This document shows positions 37,561 through 49,536 of a DNA stretch of 64,000 nt, piece after piece (the stretch's first letter is position 1; each line of letters opens with the position of its first letter). Source of the DNA: Eukaryota sp. TZLM1-RC. Taxonomy: Eukaryota > Protista > Metamonada: BaSk clade. The notes under the pieces were generated by a model. The model saw only the letters and a list, made by a program, of their open reading frames with translations. It was not told where the DNA came from and ran no database searches. Position numbers and translations under genes: made by a program. Where the stretch lies: the NCBI GenBank assembly GCA_040285825.1, contig JAUPSS010000005.1, forward strand, positions 1,116,001 through 1,180,000. The letters are read 5' to 3'.

Positions 37561-38060
37561 GATGTTTCTGCCATGACATTTACTCTCTCTGGCAAACTCT
37601 TATATTGTTATAATCATAAAGACTTTTCTGTTAATGTTGTTGTAAAAACATTATTGTTTATCACAATGATGTTTTTATACAAAGAAGGAAATTAAATCCT
37701 GAATTTTTACAAAAACGCTACGATAACGAACGCATCTACAAGGCAATCACATACTCAAAATCGTAATATAATCTGTTGAGGAAATCTTGAATCAATAAAA
37801 TTCGTCCAATTATTTCTGATTTAATTTGATTAATTGTTGTGTTTCTATAACAAAAGCCATGTCAATAACAAAAACTGTAGCTTGTGAGTTTCAGATTGAT
37901 TTGCTCATTTTTCGGAGTAAATCAAATCGCTATTGACGCATTTTATAGGTAGCATTCATTACCATAAATAATTATGAAAAAGGTTTGCTCGCAGAATAAT
38001 TAGCTAAATAATTAATTAAATCTCTATTTATTCCCTGTTATGTACATTCAATCAATCAAA

Positions 38061-39809
38061 TCAACCCTTAATCTTCTTTTTAAACCTCACCAAAGACATC
38101 CTCTCCCCAAAACTTAATGTATGTAATGTCTCAGTCAAATTGCTGCTAAATGGAGAAACAGTTAAAATCATCAACAACTTTGCTGAGCCCCTTATGTATT
38201 CACTTAGTACAAAAGTTAATTTACTATTTCTGTAAGGAATATGGCCGCTTTCATTCCTCGCAGCGTGTAACACATCCCCCAAGGACGATAACGACTTATT
38301 AATACAAGATCCTTCTCTTTTGCCTACTTTATCAGTATTTGACTTGCTCAAAGACTCTGAACCACCTAAATCACCAATTAAAAGCTTCGTTCCATTTGGT
38401 AATTCAAATATGAACAAACAATGTGATCTGGAAGATTGGGTATTAAGCCCCGTAGATGCTGATTTTCTATAAGAAATAGCCTTTGAAACAAGTTCCAGAC
38501 CCTCGGCTGAATTAGTAACTTTGTGGGTTGATAGTCCGTTGATAACAACTTTATCATTTTTCCCAGCTTGAACATAGACTTGTTTTCTTGAAGGTAAGGA
38601 TAGTAAATCAAAAACGTCTTCATTATAGATTTCCAATACTGAAATATTGATTTCTTGAGATTTCTGTTGTTCTTTTTGATACTCAAATATAAAGTCAAAT
38701 GCATACTGTACGATACCAATTTGTTTTTCATTTCCTAACACAGTAAAAGTTTTTCCACTTCCAGATTGTCCATAACAACAGACTGCACTATTAAAGCCAT
38801 CAACAAATGACCTCAGCATTGGAGTAACTTCATCAAAAACTGTTTGTTGCGGTTCTTGACCACTAACTACTCTTTCAAAGGAAAATTGTTTATAGCTAAC
38901 CTCATCTTGGTTAGAGCGATGCGTCTTCTTTGGAGCTGCGACAATGATACTACCATCTTCAACCTTAACCCCAATCTTAGGGTTAGGGTTAGGGTTAGTG
39001 AGGACAGGGCGGACCCTGGCCAAGACCCTTATTGAGCCTTTGAGAGTTTGGAGCTCATCATGGACTAGTCTTCGTCGTTCTTGTTCAATTGATAAAAGTC
39101 TACAAAGTCTTTCGTTTTCTGACCCTAATGACGTCATAAATGACTGGCAGATTGATGGAAAAGTGTTGAATTGGGAATTAATTGAATGAATTTGATTTGT
39201 AAAATACTTTTGAAGATCCACTATTTCAGATCGCACCCCACAATGATCACGTTTGATTGACTCCAAAGAGGTCAAAAATGGTGTCAAGTCAACTAAAGTC
39301 TCCTGTTTAGGGTCAGGGTTGGGGTTTTTAACTGGTATTTCGACTCCTATTGATTGTAATAAATTTGAATCTTTTTCTGAAAGTTCTTGATCATCATTAA
39401 TTACTTGTATTAATTTGAAAACTAATTCTTTAATTAATTCCAGTTGAGAATTTGTTTCAGTACAATGAGGGCAATTTTCTGGTGTTTTCTTTGGATTTCT
39501 TGCTGATTCCTGGTGTTTTTGACCTTCACTTTGGGCCTTTTTGAGAAGTTGTTTTGTTTTCTTTAGCTGTAGCTCAAGTTCTCTCTTCTGTTCGGTGAGT
39601 AGTTGAACCTGGTTGTTCGTAAACTCAAGGTTAGAGTTTGCACGACGAAGGGCATCTGCAAGGTTGTCTAAAACGGGAGGAGCGGGAAAATCATCTTGTG
39701 GAAGGGATAAGGGTTCTTCCAAGCAACTACGAGCACGTTTTCGCCAATCAGGGGTGAGAGGAGATCCAACACGTCTCTTACCAGTATCAAAAGTTGTAGG
39801 ATCGGTCAT
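38061..39809 (-). CDS. Kinesin-14 family (C-terminal motor, KAR3/NCD/KIFC1-like)
   Basis: N-terminal coiled coil; neck ELQTLKGSIRVLARVRP; P-loop GQSGSGKT; SSRSH; DLGGSE; INKSLSSLGDV; HIPYRNSKLT; first ATG at 39809. Confidence 0.93.
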   Translation of the reverse strand: MTDPTTFDTGKRRVGSPLTPDWRKRARSCLEEPLSLPQDDFPAPPVLDNLADALRRANSNLEFTNNQVQLLTEQKRELELQLKKTKQLLKKAQSEGQKHQESARNPKKTPENCPHCTETNSQLELIKELVFKLIQVINDDQELSEKDSNLLQSIGVEIPVKNPNPDPKQETLVDLTPFLTSLESIKRDHCGVRSEIVDLQKYFTNQIHSINSQFNTFPSICQSFMTSLGSENERLCRLLSIEQERRRLVHDELQTLKGSIRVLARVRPVLTNPNPNPKIGVKVEDGSIIVAAPKKTHRSNQDEVSYKQFSFERVVSGQEPQQTVFDEVTPMLRSFVDGFNSAVCCYGQSGSGKTFTVLGNEKQIGIVQYAFDFIFEYQKEQQKSQEINISVLEIYNEDVFDLLSLPSRKQVYVQAGKNDKVVINGLSTHKVTNSAEGLELVSKAISYRKSASTGLNTQSSRSHCLFIFELPNGTKLLIGDLGGSESLSKSNTDKVGKREGSCINKSLSSLGDVLHAARNESGHIPYRNSKLTFVLSEYIRGSAKLLMILTVSPFSSNLTETLHTLSFGERMSLVRFKKKIKG

Positions 39810-40374
39810 GTGGAGAATATGATGAAGAAGTTGGATAGGATTGTTGGAGAGCAAGAGTTGATGTAAGAACTCAATTAGTCGAGTTCGTTGAATTATCACT
39901 AATGTATTTTAATCTTTTATTTGGCCATCTTAATTTCAATTCATGACAGAAACACATTTCGAATGGAAGTATATGTTATTGTAAGCATAATTGATTCTTA
40001 CACAACAACTTCAAGGAGAAAACAGGTAATCGCCCTTCGCCTGAAGTCCTTTATAGAATTTCACACTCATGTTACATGTTGGATAACATCAAATCACGTG
40101 TGATGATGTGGCGATAGTTTAAGTTTAGTATTTGTTTTTTAATAAATTTTTATTTGTAAATTTAATTTGTAATTTAATAAAGCTTTTCCTTTGGTCACTG
40201 CAGTGGAAACCAACACTCAATTGTTTGATATACCCGACCCAGGTCCATTTCTCTTTTTTAATATATAATCAGGTTTGTCGGAAGATCAAGTGACTTTTAC
40301 GTTAATATTATATCACATATCTGGTGGAAGAACAAAAAAAGTTGAAAAGGCCCACAGAGCTTCTATATGTCTGA

Positions 40375-40870
40375 CAAGAGGTGATCTAGTTGTTCCCGGT
40401 TTAAATGGTAGTTTTACTATTTTAGACCCCATGTCTATTGACCCTTGTAATTCTAACGAACATCTCATTAACTCAGATGTAAATAATCGTCTTCTTGCAG
40501 GCGAAAAATATAAAATTGCTAAATATGCGAAACCCATTTCCTCATTTAATGAAAGTTCTCATGCCCAATATAATTTATGTCTCTTTGTTTTTTCTGCTTG
40601 GATCTCTAGGTAAGGCTGCTATGGCTTTTCTTGAGGATTTTGTTGTAGTTGTAAAGGAAAGAACTGGAAGAATTTTCAATCGTGTTTACTGGCAAAGCAG
40701 GATTTTATTTTCTATTTTTAAGGGAATGGTAGAACTAATTTCTGATTCACTCTCTTCTTTTGGCAAATTTTGTGAATCTTTGGCAATTAATTGTTTTGAT
40801 GTAGGAGCGGCAGGTTTTGAGGATGTGGAGTTTTAATTGTGTATTTTATGTTTTCATATTTCATGTTGAC
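40375..40870 (+). mobile_element. 3' fragment of an RLE-type LINE related to 28450-29570
   Basis: RGDLVVPG...AGEKYKIAKY...LLGSLG...YWQSRILFSIFK...EDVEF parallels RADLVAPG...AEKKKIKKY...FWLNRIVFCIFK...EDIEF; frameshifted. Confidence 0.75.
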
Positions 40871-41726
40871 TGAATAAGAAAATATTATCCAAAAGTTGAA
40901 AAAAGAGCTTGTTAAATATAATCTGCATAATGATCAGGGAAAATTATGGAGTTCTATATACCCCAATTATTCAGCAAGCAAACAAAAATGCGAACCTTCG
41001 TAATAACAATAAGAAACTCAGTAATTCTAATTCGTTTTCCACAACATGCTCCTACTTTCTCTGTCTGCATACATTATATTTAAAAAGATGACCCAGGAAT
41101 CAACTACTACTCGTAATAATCTTGATTCTTATGAGCTGAACCTAAGATTGTCCTATGTGGATTTACTCTATCAAATAGCGAAAGTAGAAAACTTGCCTTC
41201 TCAGCAAATAGAAGAAATCGTTATTTACAGAAATGAACTATTACAACGTTTATATTGTGATTCCTTTTAAATTATACTAGATTTAATTTTTTTGAATACA
41301 GAATGATTTTGCTGGTGTTTCGAAATTGAACAAAACGATGACAGGGGGAGAAACTAAACACCAATTTGTGTGAATAGACCTTACGTTGTGGAAGATTTTT
41401 CCAGTGTTCATTGATATAGGCTTCATGAATGGGTGTGAATGAATTAGATGCGCCAAGATGTTTTTGCAAAACGGATATGGTAACATTCTGCTTTTATCTT
41501 TTGTTATGCCATCGCATGGTCAGTTCAAGAATAACTAACTTCCGTTCAGTGCTTCTTAGCTGGCGTGAACAAAACTCTAAAACTATAAAATATAAGAGTC
41601 CTTTTTGGACATGGTGAATATCAAGTTGAATTTTTGGACAATTGATATTTTACAGCATCAACATGTGTCAAATTGCATTTAGGGTTGCAAGATAAATTGA
41701 TTAATTGATGTGTTTCTCGACTTTAG

Positions 41727-43430
41727 ATGTTGCTACCTTTCCTTATTCTAACTACTCTCTGCTTGGCAGATGAGGTCCATGTGGTTGTACCTAGTGGTGA
41801 TGACATGATCTTCTGGTCCGATCCATCCTCATGGAAACCATTCCCTCCGTCTAGCTCCTCATTCGTGTATGTTGATGGCGGGGACAAACGTTTGGTCCTT
41901 GTCGTTGACACCTCACCTCTTTTATACTCCCTCCACCTATCCAATGTTGCCTTAGTCGTTGACGTAGAAAATGTAGAGATACCAGGAAACCTCACATGTA
42001 AAGATGCTGCCATTGAGTCCTCCACACAAAGTGAAGTCGGTTTAACCACTACTGGCTTTGAAGTTGATGGGAGAACTGAATTAGTGAATGTTAATTTGGT
42101 CTTTGCAGAATTGTATGATTATGGCAATGAATTAATTCTGATCAACTCAAAGGCTTTCGCTTATAAGGGAGATGAACACTCAGCTTCCAGTACAGATTCT
42201 GAGATCTCTTACGATGAATTATTAGCATGGGGTGATGACGAATATGGTCAAACAGGTACAGGCGATCCGCAGTTTTTCGAACCAAGACGGGTTTACAGAC
42301 CAATTCCAGTAGTTTGTGATGAGAAATTCACTCAAATTGTTGGTGGTCATTATCACACACTAGCCATCACTAGTAAAGGTACCCTTTTTGCTTGGGGTTG
42401 GAATCGCTTTGGCCAATTAGGACTAAATCACACTGAGGATCAAGAATTTCCTGTTCAAGTAGAGTTTTTATCTAATGTAGTTCAAATTGCTGCTGGTAGA
42501 GACTTCAGTCTTGCTAGACTAGATGATGGCACTGTTTGGTCTTGGGGTAATGGAGAGGATGGAAGATTAGGTCATGGTGATGAAAATTGGCAGTTTTTGC
42601 CTAGAAGAATCGAATCATTAACCAACGTTATTGATATATCTACAGGATATTCCCACTCACTCGCTCTTTTATATAATGGAACCATCAAGGCTTGGGGTAG
42701 TGGTGTTTTTGGTCAGCTTGGAACTGGTCATAGTGACTATCAGTATCGAGAGTATTTTCCAGTTGATGTTTCAATCGCTACCCAAGTCAAGAAAGTTGTA
42801 GCCTGTTTTCGTCATTCTTTATTTATTACTAAACAAAATGAATTAATGACTACTGGATCAAATTCTCATGGGGCACTTTGTATGGGAAATGAAGACAGAG
42901 GTAGAGATGCTCCTGAATTAATATTCAATTCGTCGTCATATACAATAACTCAGGCAAGCTGTGGTAAGAATTACATAATATTTCTTACTGAAGAAGGTGA
43001 TGTTTATAGTTGTGGAGAGCGTTTAGGAAGACCCTACGACACAATACCCTATCATACCCCTGGTAAAGTTGAAGGTTTAGCTAAGGTTAGGAGTATTGCC
43101 GGTAGTCACTGGCCCATTGCATTTGCTGTTGATTACGACAATTTTTTATTCAGTTGGAAAGACGAGAGCAAAAATGCTACCCGAACTTCTGCAACAGATG
43201 GATATAAAGTAATTAATGTTTACGCTGGAGGTAGCCACTATTTCATTACAATTTCTCGATCATATCCATTATTTCTGTATATTTTCATTGCTGTATTTGT
43301 TCTTGTTGGCATTACAGCATTTTCTAAATGGTGGACCATTAAGCGTAATAGAAAGAATGCTAATTCGTTATTAAATTCTATGAGTGAGAATTCTTCTCCA
43401 AATCTCCTGGTTGTTGAAGGTGAGGAATAA
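41727..43430 (+). CDS. Type I membrane protein with extracellular RCC1/BLIP-II-like repeats
   Basis: Signal peptide MLLPFLILTTLCLA; WSDPSSW motif; repeated WG-x4-GQLG blades; TM helix LFLYIFIAVFVLVGITAF followed by basic residues. Confidence 0.88.
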   Translation: MLLPFLILTTLCLADEVHVVVPSGDDMIFWSDPSSWKPFPPSSSSFVYVDGGDKRLVLVVDTSPLLYSLHLSNVALVVDVENVEIPGNLTCKDAAIESSTQSEVGLTTTGFEVDGRTELVNVNLVFAELYDYGNELILINSKAFAYKGDEHSASSTDSEISYDELLAWGDDEYGQTGTGDPQFFEPRRVYRPIPVVCDEKFTQIVGGHYHTLAITSKGTLFAWGWNRFGQLGLNHTEDQEFPVQVEFLSNVVQIAAGRDFSLARLDDGTVWSWGNGEDGRLGHGDENWQFLPRRIESLTNVIDISTGYSHSLALLYNGTIKAWGSGVFGQLGTGHSDYQYREYFPVDVSIATQVKKVVACFRHSLFITKQNELMTTGSNSHGALCMGNEDRGRDAPELIFNSSSYTITQASCGKNYIIFLTEEGDVYSCGERLGRPYDTIPYHTPGKVEGLAKVRSIAGSHWPIAFAVDYDNFLFSWKDESKNATRTSATDGYKVINVYAGGSHYFITISRSYPLFLYIFIAVFVLVGITAFSKWWTIKRNRKNANSLLNSMSENSSPNLLVVEGEE

Positions 43431-43968
43431 ATAAATTTTTGTATAGTGTACACTGTTCGGTTCAGTAGCAAACAAAATGTGTTCAACAAGTTATCATAAA
43501 CTTGTAGCAGGCAAAAAACAATGCTGTTGGTTAGAGTAATGTTGCATTCTCAAACAACAAAAGGGAAAGAAACAAGTTAAATAATGACAGTCACACTGAA
43601 CAATGAATTCGTTCAATTTTGGATATTTTACTAGCTGTTGTATCAAATACCTTAAATCTCAAGAAGAAGTAGAACAATCAAATGTTGAGGTAACTAATTC
43701 AAGTTATTGGTTCTTTCAGTGTACTTTAAAATTTTCATCTTCAGCTATACGTAAAGGTTAATATAATTCTCATAACCGACCGTTATCGATGGTTTATCGT
43801 TGGTTGTTCTGACCAACAGTGTACGTAGACCAACTGACAATTGAATGTTATTTGTGATAAACACAGTGATAGCGTACTTTTACACAGTTGTCCAATTTCA
43901 TCCTTTCTTACAAACATTTTTCTTGTCTTCTTGATTCTGATGGTTCTCCCTAAGGACACGAAAAACAT

Positions 43969-44490
43969 TATGCCGTGCGTTTTTCGAGAAGTGTGAAGAA
44001 GTCTTGACTGACGATTCTCAAGTATCCCCCAAAAAAGGCACACTCTATCGATGCCGATGTTCCAAACAACTTAGAAAAACTAAAACAGCAGATTGGACTC
44101 ACTGATATAATCACATTTTGTTTCATGAAAACTATGAACAAGAATAAGAGCGTCTTTCTCTGTTCACAGACAAACAGCCTCTTTTGGAACAATTCATAAT
44201 CAAAGACAAAAACTCCAATGTTTTTTACTGGCTGGAGGGGGTATTAGCAAACACTCTTCTATTTTCTTTTGTGATTCAGAATACTAGAAAGTTTTGCTCA
44301 CTGAAACCAATTTGTTCTAATACGCTGCTGAAGTACAGAAACTTACTTTCGCAACAGCTACACTCTTATCTCGCCACTATGATGGGTGATTGGCTTGGTA
44401 TTGTATTGGGTTCTTGTCAAGAAAGATGGCAGTAATTTTCATTTCCTAGCAGTATTCTGCGCAATTCCGAACCGAACAAAATTATATATG
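43969..44490 (+). mobile_element. Decayed hAT-like transposase 5' fragment
   Basis: YRCRC...NHILFH (BED-like), NVFYWLEGVLANTLLFSFV...TRKFCSLKPICSNTLLKY, LGIVL...HFLAVF; frameshifted. Confidence 0.55.
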
Positions 44491-44759
44491 ATGTTCAATA
44501 TTCCTTTTGAAGTTACAGTGATACCGTTAGGCAGAAATACCAAAGAAGCAAGGAGAGAAAAGAGAGTTTATTAATAAAGAAATTCGTTCTTCAACGACTG
44601 CCAGGTCAGCAAATGAAATTTTGAGGTAACTACTAACCTTATTTATCAGCAACTATAACACTACTTCATCCCATTCTCCTTTCAACAATTTCAGAAATAA
44701 CTTAACACAATGAGGAGAGGGGATTCGAAATTCTGGGGTGGGTCGTTGCAGACACGGAG

Positions 44760-45375
44760 ATGATTCACTTCGTGTTTTACTTTAGAGGGACAGTCACGAG
44801 ACAAATGACCCTTCTGATGTCACTTAAAGCAGGTTCCTTCAACCAGATTGCGGGATCTATTGGATGACTGAGATTTCATTCCAGCTTGGCGCAGAGAATC
44901 AGTAGTTTCATGAAAAGTCTTTGGAGGCCAAGAGCAATCAAGAAGTTCATCTTCTGCAGTACTTACCAAGGTAGGAAAGTCAGGGAATACCTCGTCCCTA
45001 ATGTGAAAAATCAGCGATTTCTGTAGTCCTATTGGCAGAATCCCCATGGTGAATCGGAGCATAAAGGCTGATTCAGGCAATTTCAGTCCGGGAGCCCTGC
45101 TTTTCGCCTGAAGAAAACGTCTCAGGTAGCAGGACATACGTTCACGAACGTCGCCCTTACGGACATCAACCTTCAACTCAGCCCTCGCCAAACTGAATTC
45201 CTCGTACGAGGAAAACGAGGTCGAGGATCAAGAAGGGGTCAGCAAAGAACCTTGCTGGAACAAGGTCCTTCTTCGGCGTAACAGAAGAGTACACTTTCCA
45301 CTCCTGTAAGAACAAGAGCACATCATCCACTTTCATGGAATCCAGAGAGGGGAGTACTATGCGGGTAGAAAGCAT
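44760..45375 (-). mobile_element. Decayed retrotransposon gag with CCHC zinc knuckle
   Basis: TCFK*HQKGHLSRDCP (disrupted CX2CX4HX4C knuckle) at the end of a frameshifted helical gag-like frame. Confidence 0.65.
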
Positions 45376-45499
45376 TTGCAGTAAGGGCCAATAATTATTG
45401 ATGCCCAATCTGAACGACAAAAAAAGGCTATTTTAGAACTTCAGCAAAAATTGGGCAAGAGGAAGAAATCCATTGCTCGGTCGAATCAATAACTAGACA

Positions 45500-46000
45500 A
45501 TGCCAAGGAAAAGTGAAAATCAAGAAGATGACGAAGCAAACCACAGGCACCAAGTGACAAGCCCAAAATTACCAACGTTGTGTTTTCCAAGAAGTTCAAA
45601 TGTAACACCATTACATTAATTGGAAATACAATGGCCACGACCACAACTCATGGCTTCATTCTTGGCCATGACAATCTGTCCACTCGCAACACCTATTCAT
45701 TCGCAGTTCGTTATTCAGGCTCTGGTGTGGCCGCAGTGGGTGTTGTCCCACGCACATATATATCTTCTGGTTTTGGTACCATTCGTAACAAGAACAATCA
45801 CCGTATTCTCTATAGCGAATGTAATAAAAAGGCTTTGAAAGGTACCACTAGATAGTGAATGGCTGGTGATGTGATTTATGTTACAGTTGATCTTGGACAT
45901 TGTTGTTATGCGTATTCATAATCATGATTATAGAATTAATCTCACTGGAAAGCTTTTCAGGACATCTTCACCTTAGAACCCTGTATTTTTCCTTTCCAAT
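45500..46000 (+). pseudogene. Possible SPRY/B30.2-like domain pseudogene fragment
   Basis: YSFAVRYSGSGVAAVGVVP, then after a frame break AGDVIYVTVDLG. Confidence 0.4.
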
Positions 46001-47066
46001 AGTTCAATTCAGCTCTACTTTGGAGTTTGATTAATAAATTAAGATTTGATTCTTTCTTTCTAATTGTGTTAAGTGGTATTTCACACTAAGTGGTGAAATC
46101 ATGGGGTGAGTCACTGAATTTATGTTTCAATCCAAATGACAAAAGCAGTCTAAAAACAATCTTCCATCATTGTGGGAGTTGTGATAGGTTTGAGTTTTTG
46201 TTTAGGATTTAATTTGAAATTAACCACGTCGTGTTCCTTGCTATTATCCATCAGAGTTTTACCATTGCAAACACAACTGCTATTTGTTATTGTGTTCTTT
46301 TTATATTTTTAGTCATTGTCAACGAGGTGGAGTCTAGTGTTGTCGAATGACCTACATAATAAGGGAGTCATGTTTATGTGACATAACAGCAACAATCGCA
46401 ACTGATGGATATCACCAAGGTAATAATAGATCTCTGAATTGACGCACGATTACACAAAATACTGTTAGACTATTCATTTTTATTTTGGCCTCTATAAACA
46501 ACACGATCTAGGTAACCACCATCACCATATAAGTCAAGCAAAAAGATTAAATTAAGCTTTTGACATAACTTGGAAACAATCACTTGACAGTCAATTACAC
46601 TGAATCAAACAATTTGACAATACTGAGAACAAATCAATTTGTAATGACTTTGATCACATGAACGGAAAAACAAAAATTGAATACAGTTGGTGGGTATTGG
46701 AGTGCCAGATTGACAACGAAATGCCCACGTTTCCTCCAAATTTATGCATTCTTCTTCCAAAATGTTGGTTAAACATAGTTATTGCTTTTAGGGCTTCCGG
46801 AGCTCTTTTGTTTCTTCTTCATAAAAATAAAAGTTCCCCCAAAAATTCAATGATGGATGTTATGTTATTTGGATTTCAGTGTACTGAATAATTCACTATT
46901 ACTCTACCTACAATTCAACAAGATTGGATGGAATAATCAATTAATAATTAATAACAATTAACTTAGTGTATTTATCTCAACAACCTGAACAAAACAGATC
47001 TAGTACCCCCTCTAACTTCAAAACCACAATTCTCCATGTAATGAAATCCAGTCATCAAGTCTCAAA

Positions 47067-48638
47067 CTAGATCTGAATCCCACCATCACGATTTCTTATT
47101 GTTTTGAATGGAATAGTTCTCATTACTCGATTTTCTAATACATTAAACAACCTATCACTCTCGCCTTCACTATCCTGATAACTGTCAAAAAACAAGCTTG
47201 AAATCCTAGATTGTTCTATTAGTTTAACCAACTCATCATTGACAAACACTGGGGAAGAAGGCATTTCCAACCTCTCTAAACATGAAGCATTACGAATCAC
47301 ATCACGGAGAAGGGAAGAAGCAAAGATAGAATGGGTGATTACCAAACTTTTCAAATCAATTCTTCGAGATATTGTGCTTGATGGCAAAGGACACATGAAA
47401 TTTGTAAGGGAAAGACAACTTAAAAAAGGGTTACAACTGAGAAAATCAACAAGATTTGACGAGTAGAATCCCGATTTGTCTGATTCGTTTACAAGGTGAA
47501 GTTCAGACAGCTTTAAAAATTTCAAAAGTGCAAAAATTTCAGCAGGTAACGACATGCTGAGTCGAAGATAATCAAGTGATAGTGGTAATCCTTTGAGTAA
47601 ACATTTGTTAAAATCAACACCTGAAACTTTTGATATACAGACAATGTTCAATTTCTTTAGCTTTTTCAATCGGCTTATGTGCTGAAATGCAGGTTGAATA
47701 GAATCTAATACAAATGAAATAGTCTCTAGTTTTTGCAATTGAGGTAAGTATTCGAATACATCGTTTTGATCAACAACTCTTCCACTAATCGAACGTAATG
47801 ATGTTCCAATGTACGAAAGGGAACTTACTGTGATTTCTGCAAGAGATAAGGATTGTAGGTTTTTCATTGAAGGTTGTAAAATGCAATCAACCACGTCAGC
47901 ATGAGTCATTTTGACTTCCAACGACTTCAGACGACCTAGTTTTGACAAAACTTGACTTAGAGGATGAATTTCAGTATATTGTTCCTTACATCCATTTGGA
48001 GTGAGGGTAAAACTTTTCAAGTGTCGAAGTATTTCTTTCTGATCAACTGAATTAACCAAAAATGAAAATAAATTATCCAAATTTTCTTGGTTATTACAAC
48101 AAACTGTTAACTTGAGTTCATGGATATTCGGGAATAAATAAAAAACCTCATTCAGTCTAACAATATCATGGATTGAGTATAGGGAGAGGGCAAGGTATTC
48201 AGCTTTTGGAAAGATATGTTTATGCTGCACGAGGTCGTAGAAGGTGCTTTCTACGGTGATAAGCCTGGAGTGAAGTCGAGAGAGGACCAGTCGTCGTAAT
48301 CTTCGTGGTATCGTGACGTTGGTTTGGGTGAAATTAATTGAAGTTTCGGTTGGAAAGAGAGTAATCTGTCGCACCACCTCTTCACACTTTGATGAGCTTC
48401 TCAACGTTTGGTTCAATGCCAGGATTAGTTTCACAGAAGGGTTAAGGTATGGTGCAAGAACAGGCAGTCTATCACATTGTATATTCTCCTGAGGAAGTGA
48501 AATAGAAGTCTTGTTGTAGATGTTTGTGAGTGCGAGAGCTCGTACCCTAGTTGAAACACAACGAAGACGTAATAAAAGCCTAACGCCTAGTGTATTGGAA
48601 CTGACAATGAGACGTAGCACCCAAAACTCTATGGACAT
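47067..48638 (-). CDS. F-box/LRR protein (FBXL-like)
   Basis: N-terminal LLRLRCVSTRVRALA F-box-like motif; LRRs FPNIHELKL, LRHLKSFTL, LPQLQKLETISF, LKKLKKLNI; first ATG 48638, true start uncertain. Confidence 0.7.
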   Translation of the reverse strand: MSIEFWVLRLIVSSNTLGVRLLLRLRCVSTRVRALALTNIYNKTSISLPQENIQCDRLPVLAPYLNPSVKLILALNQTLRSSSKCEEVVRQITLFPTETSINFTQTNVTIPRRLRRLVLSRLHSRLITVESTFYDLVQHKHIFPKAEYLALSLYSIHDIVRLNEVFYLFPNIHELKLTVCCNNQENLDNLFSFLVNSVDQKEILRHLKSFTLTPNGCKEQYTEIHPLSQVLSKLGRLKSLEVKMTHADVVDCILQPSMKNLQSLSLAEITVSSLSYIGTSLRSISGRVVDQNDVFEYLPQLQKLETISFVLDSIQPAFQHISRLKKLKKLNIVCISKVSGVDFNKCLLKGLPLSLDYLRLSMSLPAEIFALLKFLKLSELHLVNESDKSGFYSSNLVDFLSCNPFLSCLSLTNFMCPLPSSTISRRIDLKSLVITHSIFASSLLRDVIRNASCLERLEMPSSPVFVNDELVKLIEQSRISSLFFDSYQDSEGESDRLFNVLENRVMRTIPFKTIRNRDGGIQI

Positions 48639-49536
48639 TGATTGTATTTCTGAGACAGTAAGGGGACGAGGAAGCAATGATAGTTATCCTACTAACTCAT
48701 CCATTTCAGGTAGTTTACATACATTTAGAGGTTCTATATGTTGAAGATGGATATTTTACTTATGCTATGTTATCTGGAATGGAGATTAAATGTGGAGATC
48801 ATATACATATTCAATTATATCTGAACAATCAACACTTGGAAGTATTTTCAATAATAATTATTTAGCAAACAACATAAGAATCAACATCCAAATAATCCAT
48901 CTCTCCCAAAACAGAACAACTAGATGCAACCCTCTCTCAGTTACAACCAAGAGAAAGCATAACATCAGAAACCACTTTCAACATCCCCTTAAAACACTTT
49001 GAAGCTGTATTTAATAGTCACAGATCCAAAATAATGATATTAGATCTGTCTATTCGACGCTGGTTGTTGCCATCTATATTGATAATTGAATAAACTCAAC
49101 GTAATGAGATGATTTATGCGAGGAATAGTTTAGTAGTATGCATGATATTTTCTTCATACTAATTTCAGCTAGAAACCCAAGCTCATCGATTTGAATTGTA
49201 ATCTTATCAAAGTTTTTCGTTATGATTCAAATACAAAACTGTAATTTACCAATGCGTAAAGGTAGAATTTCTTAATGTTGAAGCTTGTGTCTTACTGATT
49301 TTATATTAATATATTGTTTATAATAATAATAGTGTTATCAGCTACTGTATACAGAACTGTGTACAAAATGTCTATTTATTATTTCCCTTAACAATTATTA
49401 TTTGTACATCTTTCAATTAAATTGAAAATTATTATTGGAATGAATCTTTATTTTTACAAAACAGCTTAAATTTCAATAAATCATGTGAACAAAAGAATGA
49501 GATACATTAAATAATTTTAAAATATCGTAATCAAAA

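Noticed and set aside
48645-48700. Upstream exon/intron extending the F-box gene
   Set aside because: The candidate acceptor puts the branch A at -10, breaking the -7 pattern, and no homology supports an extension
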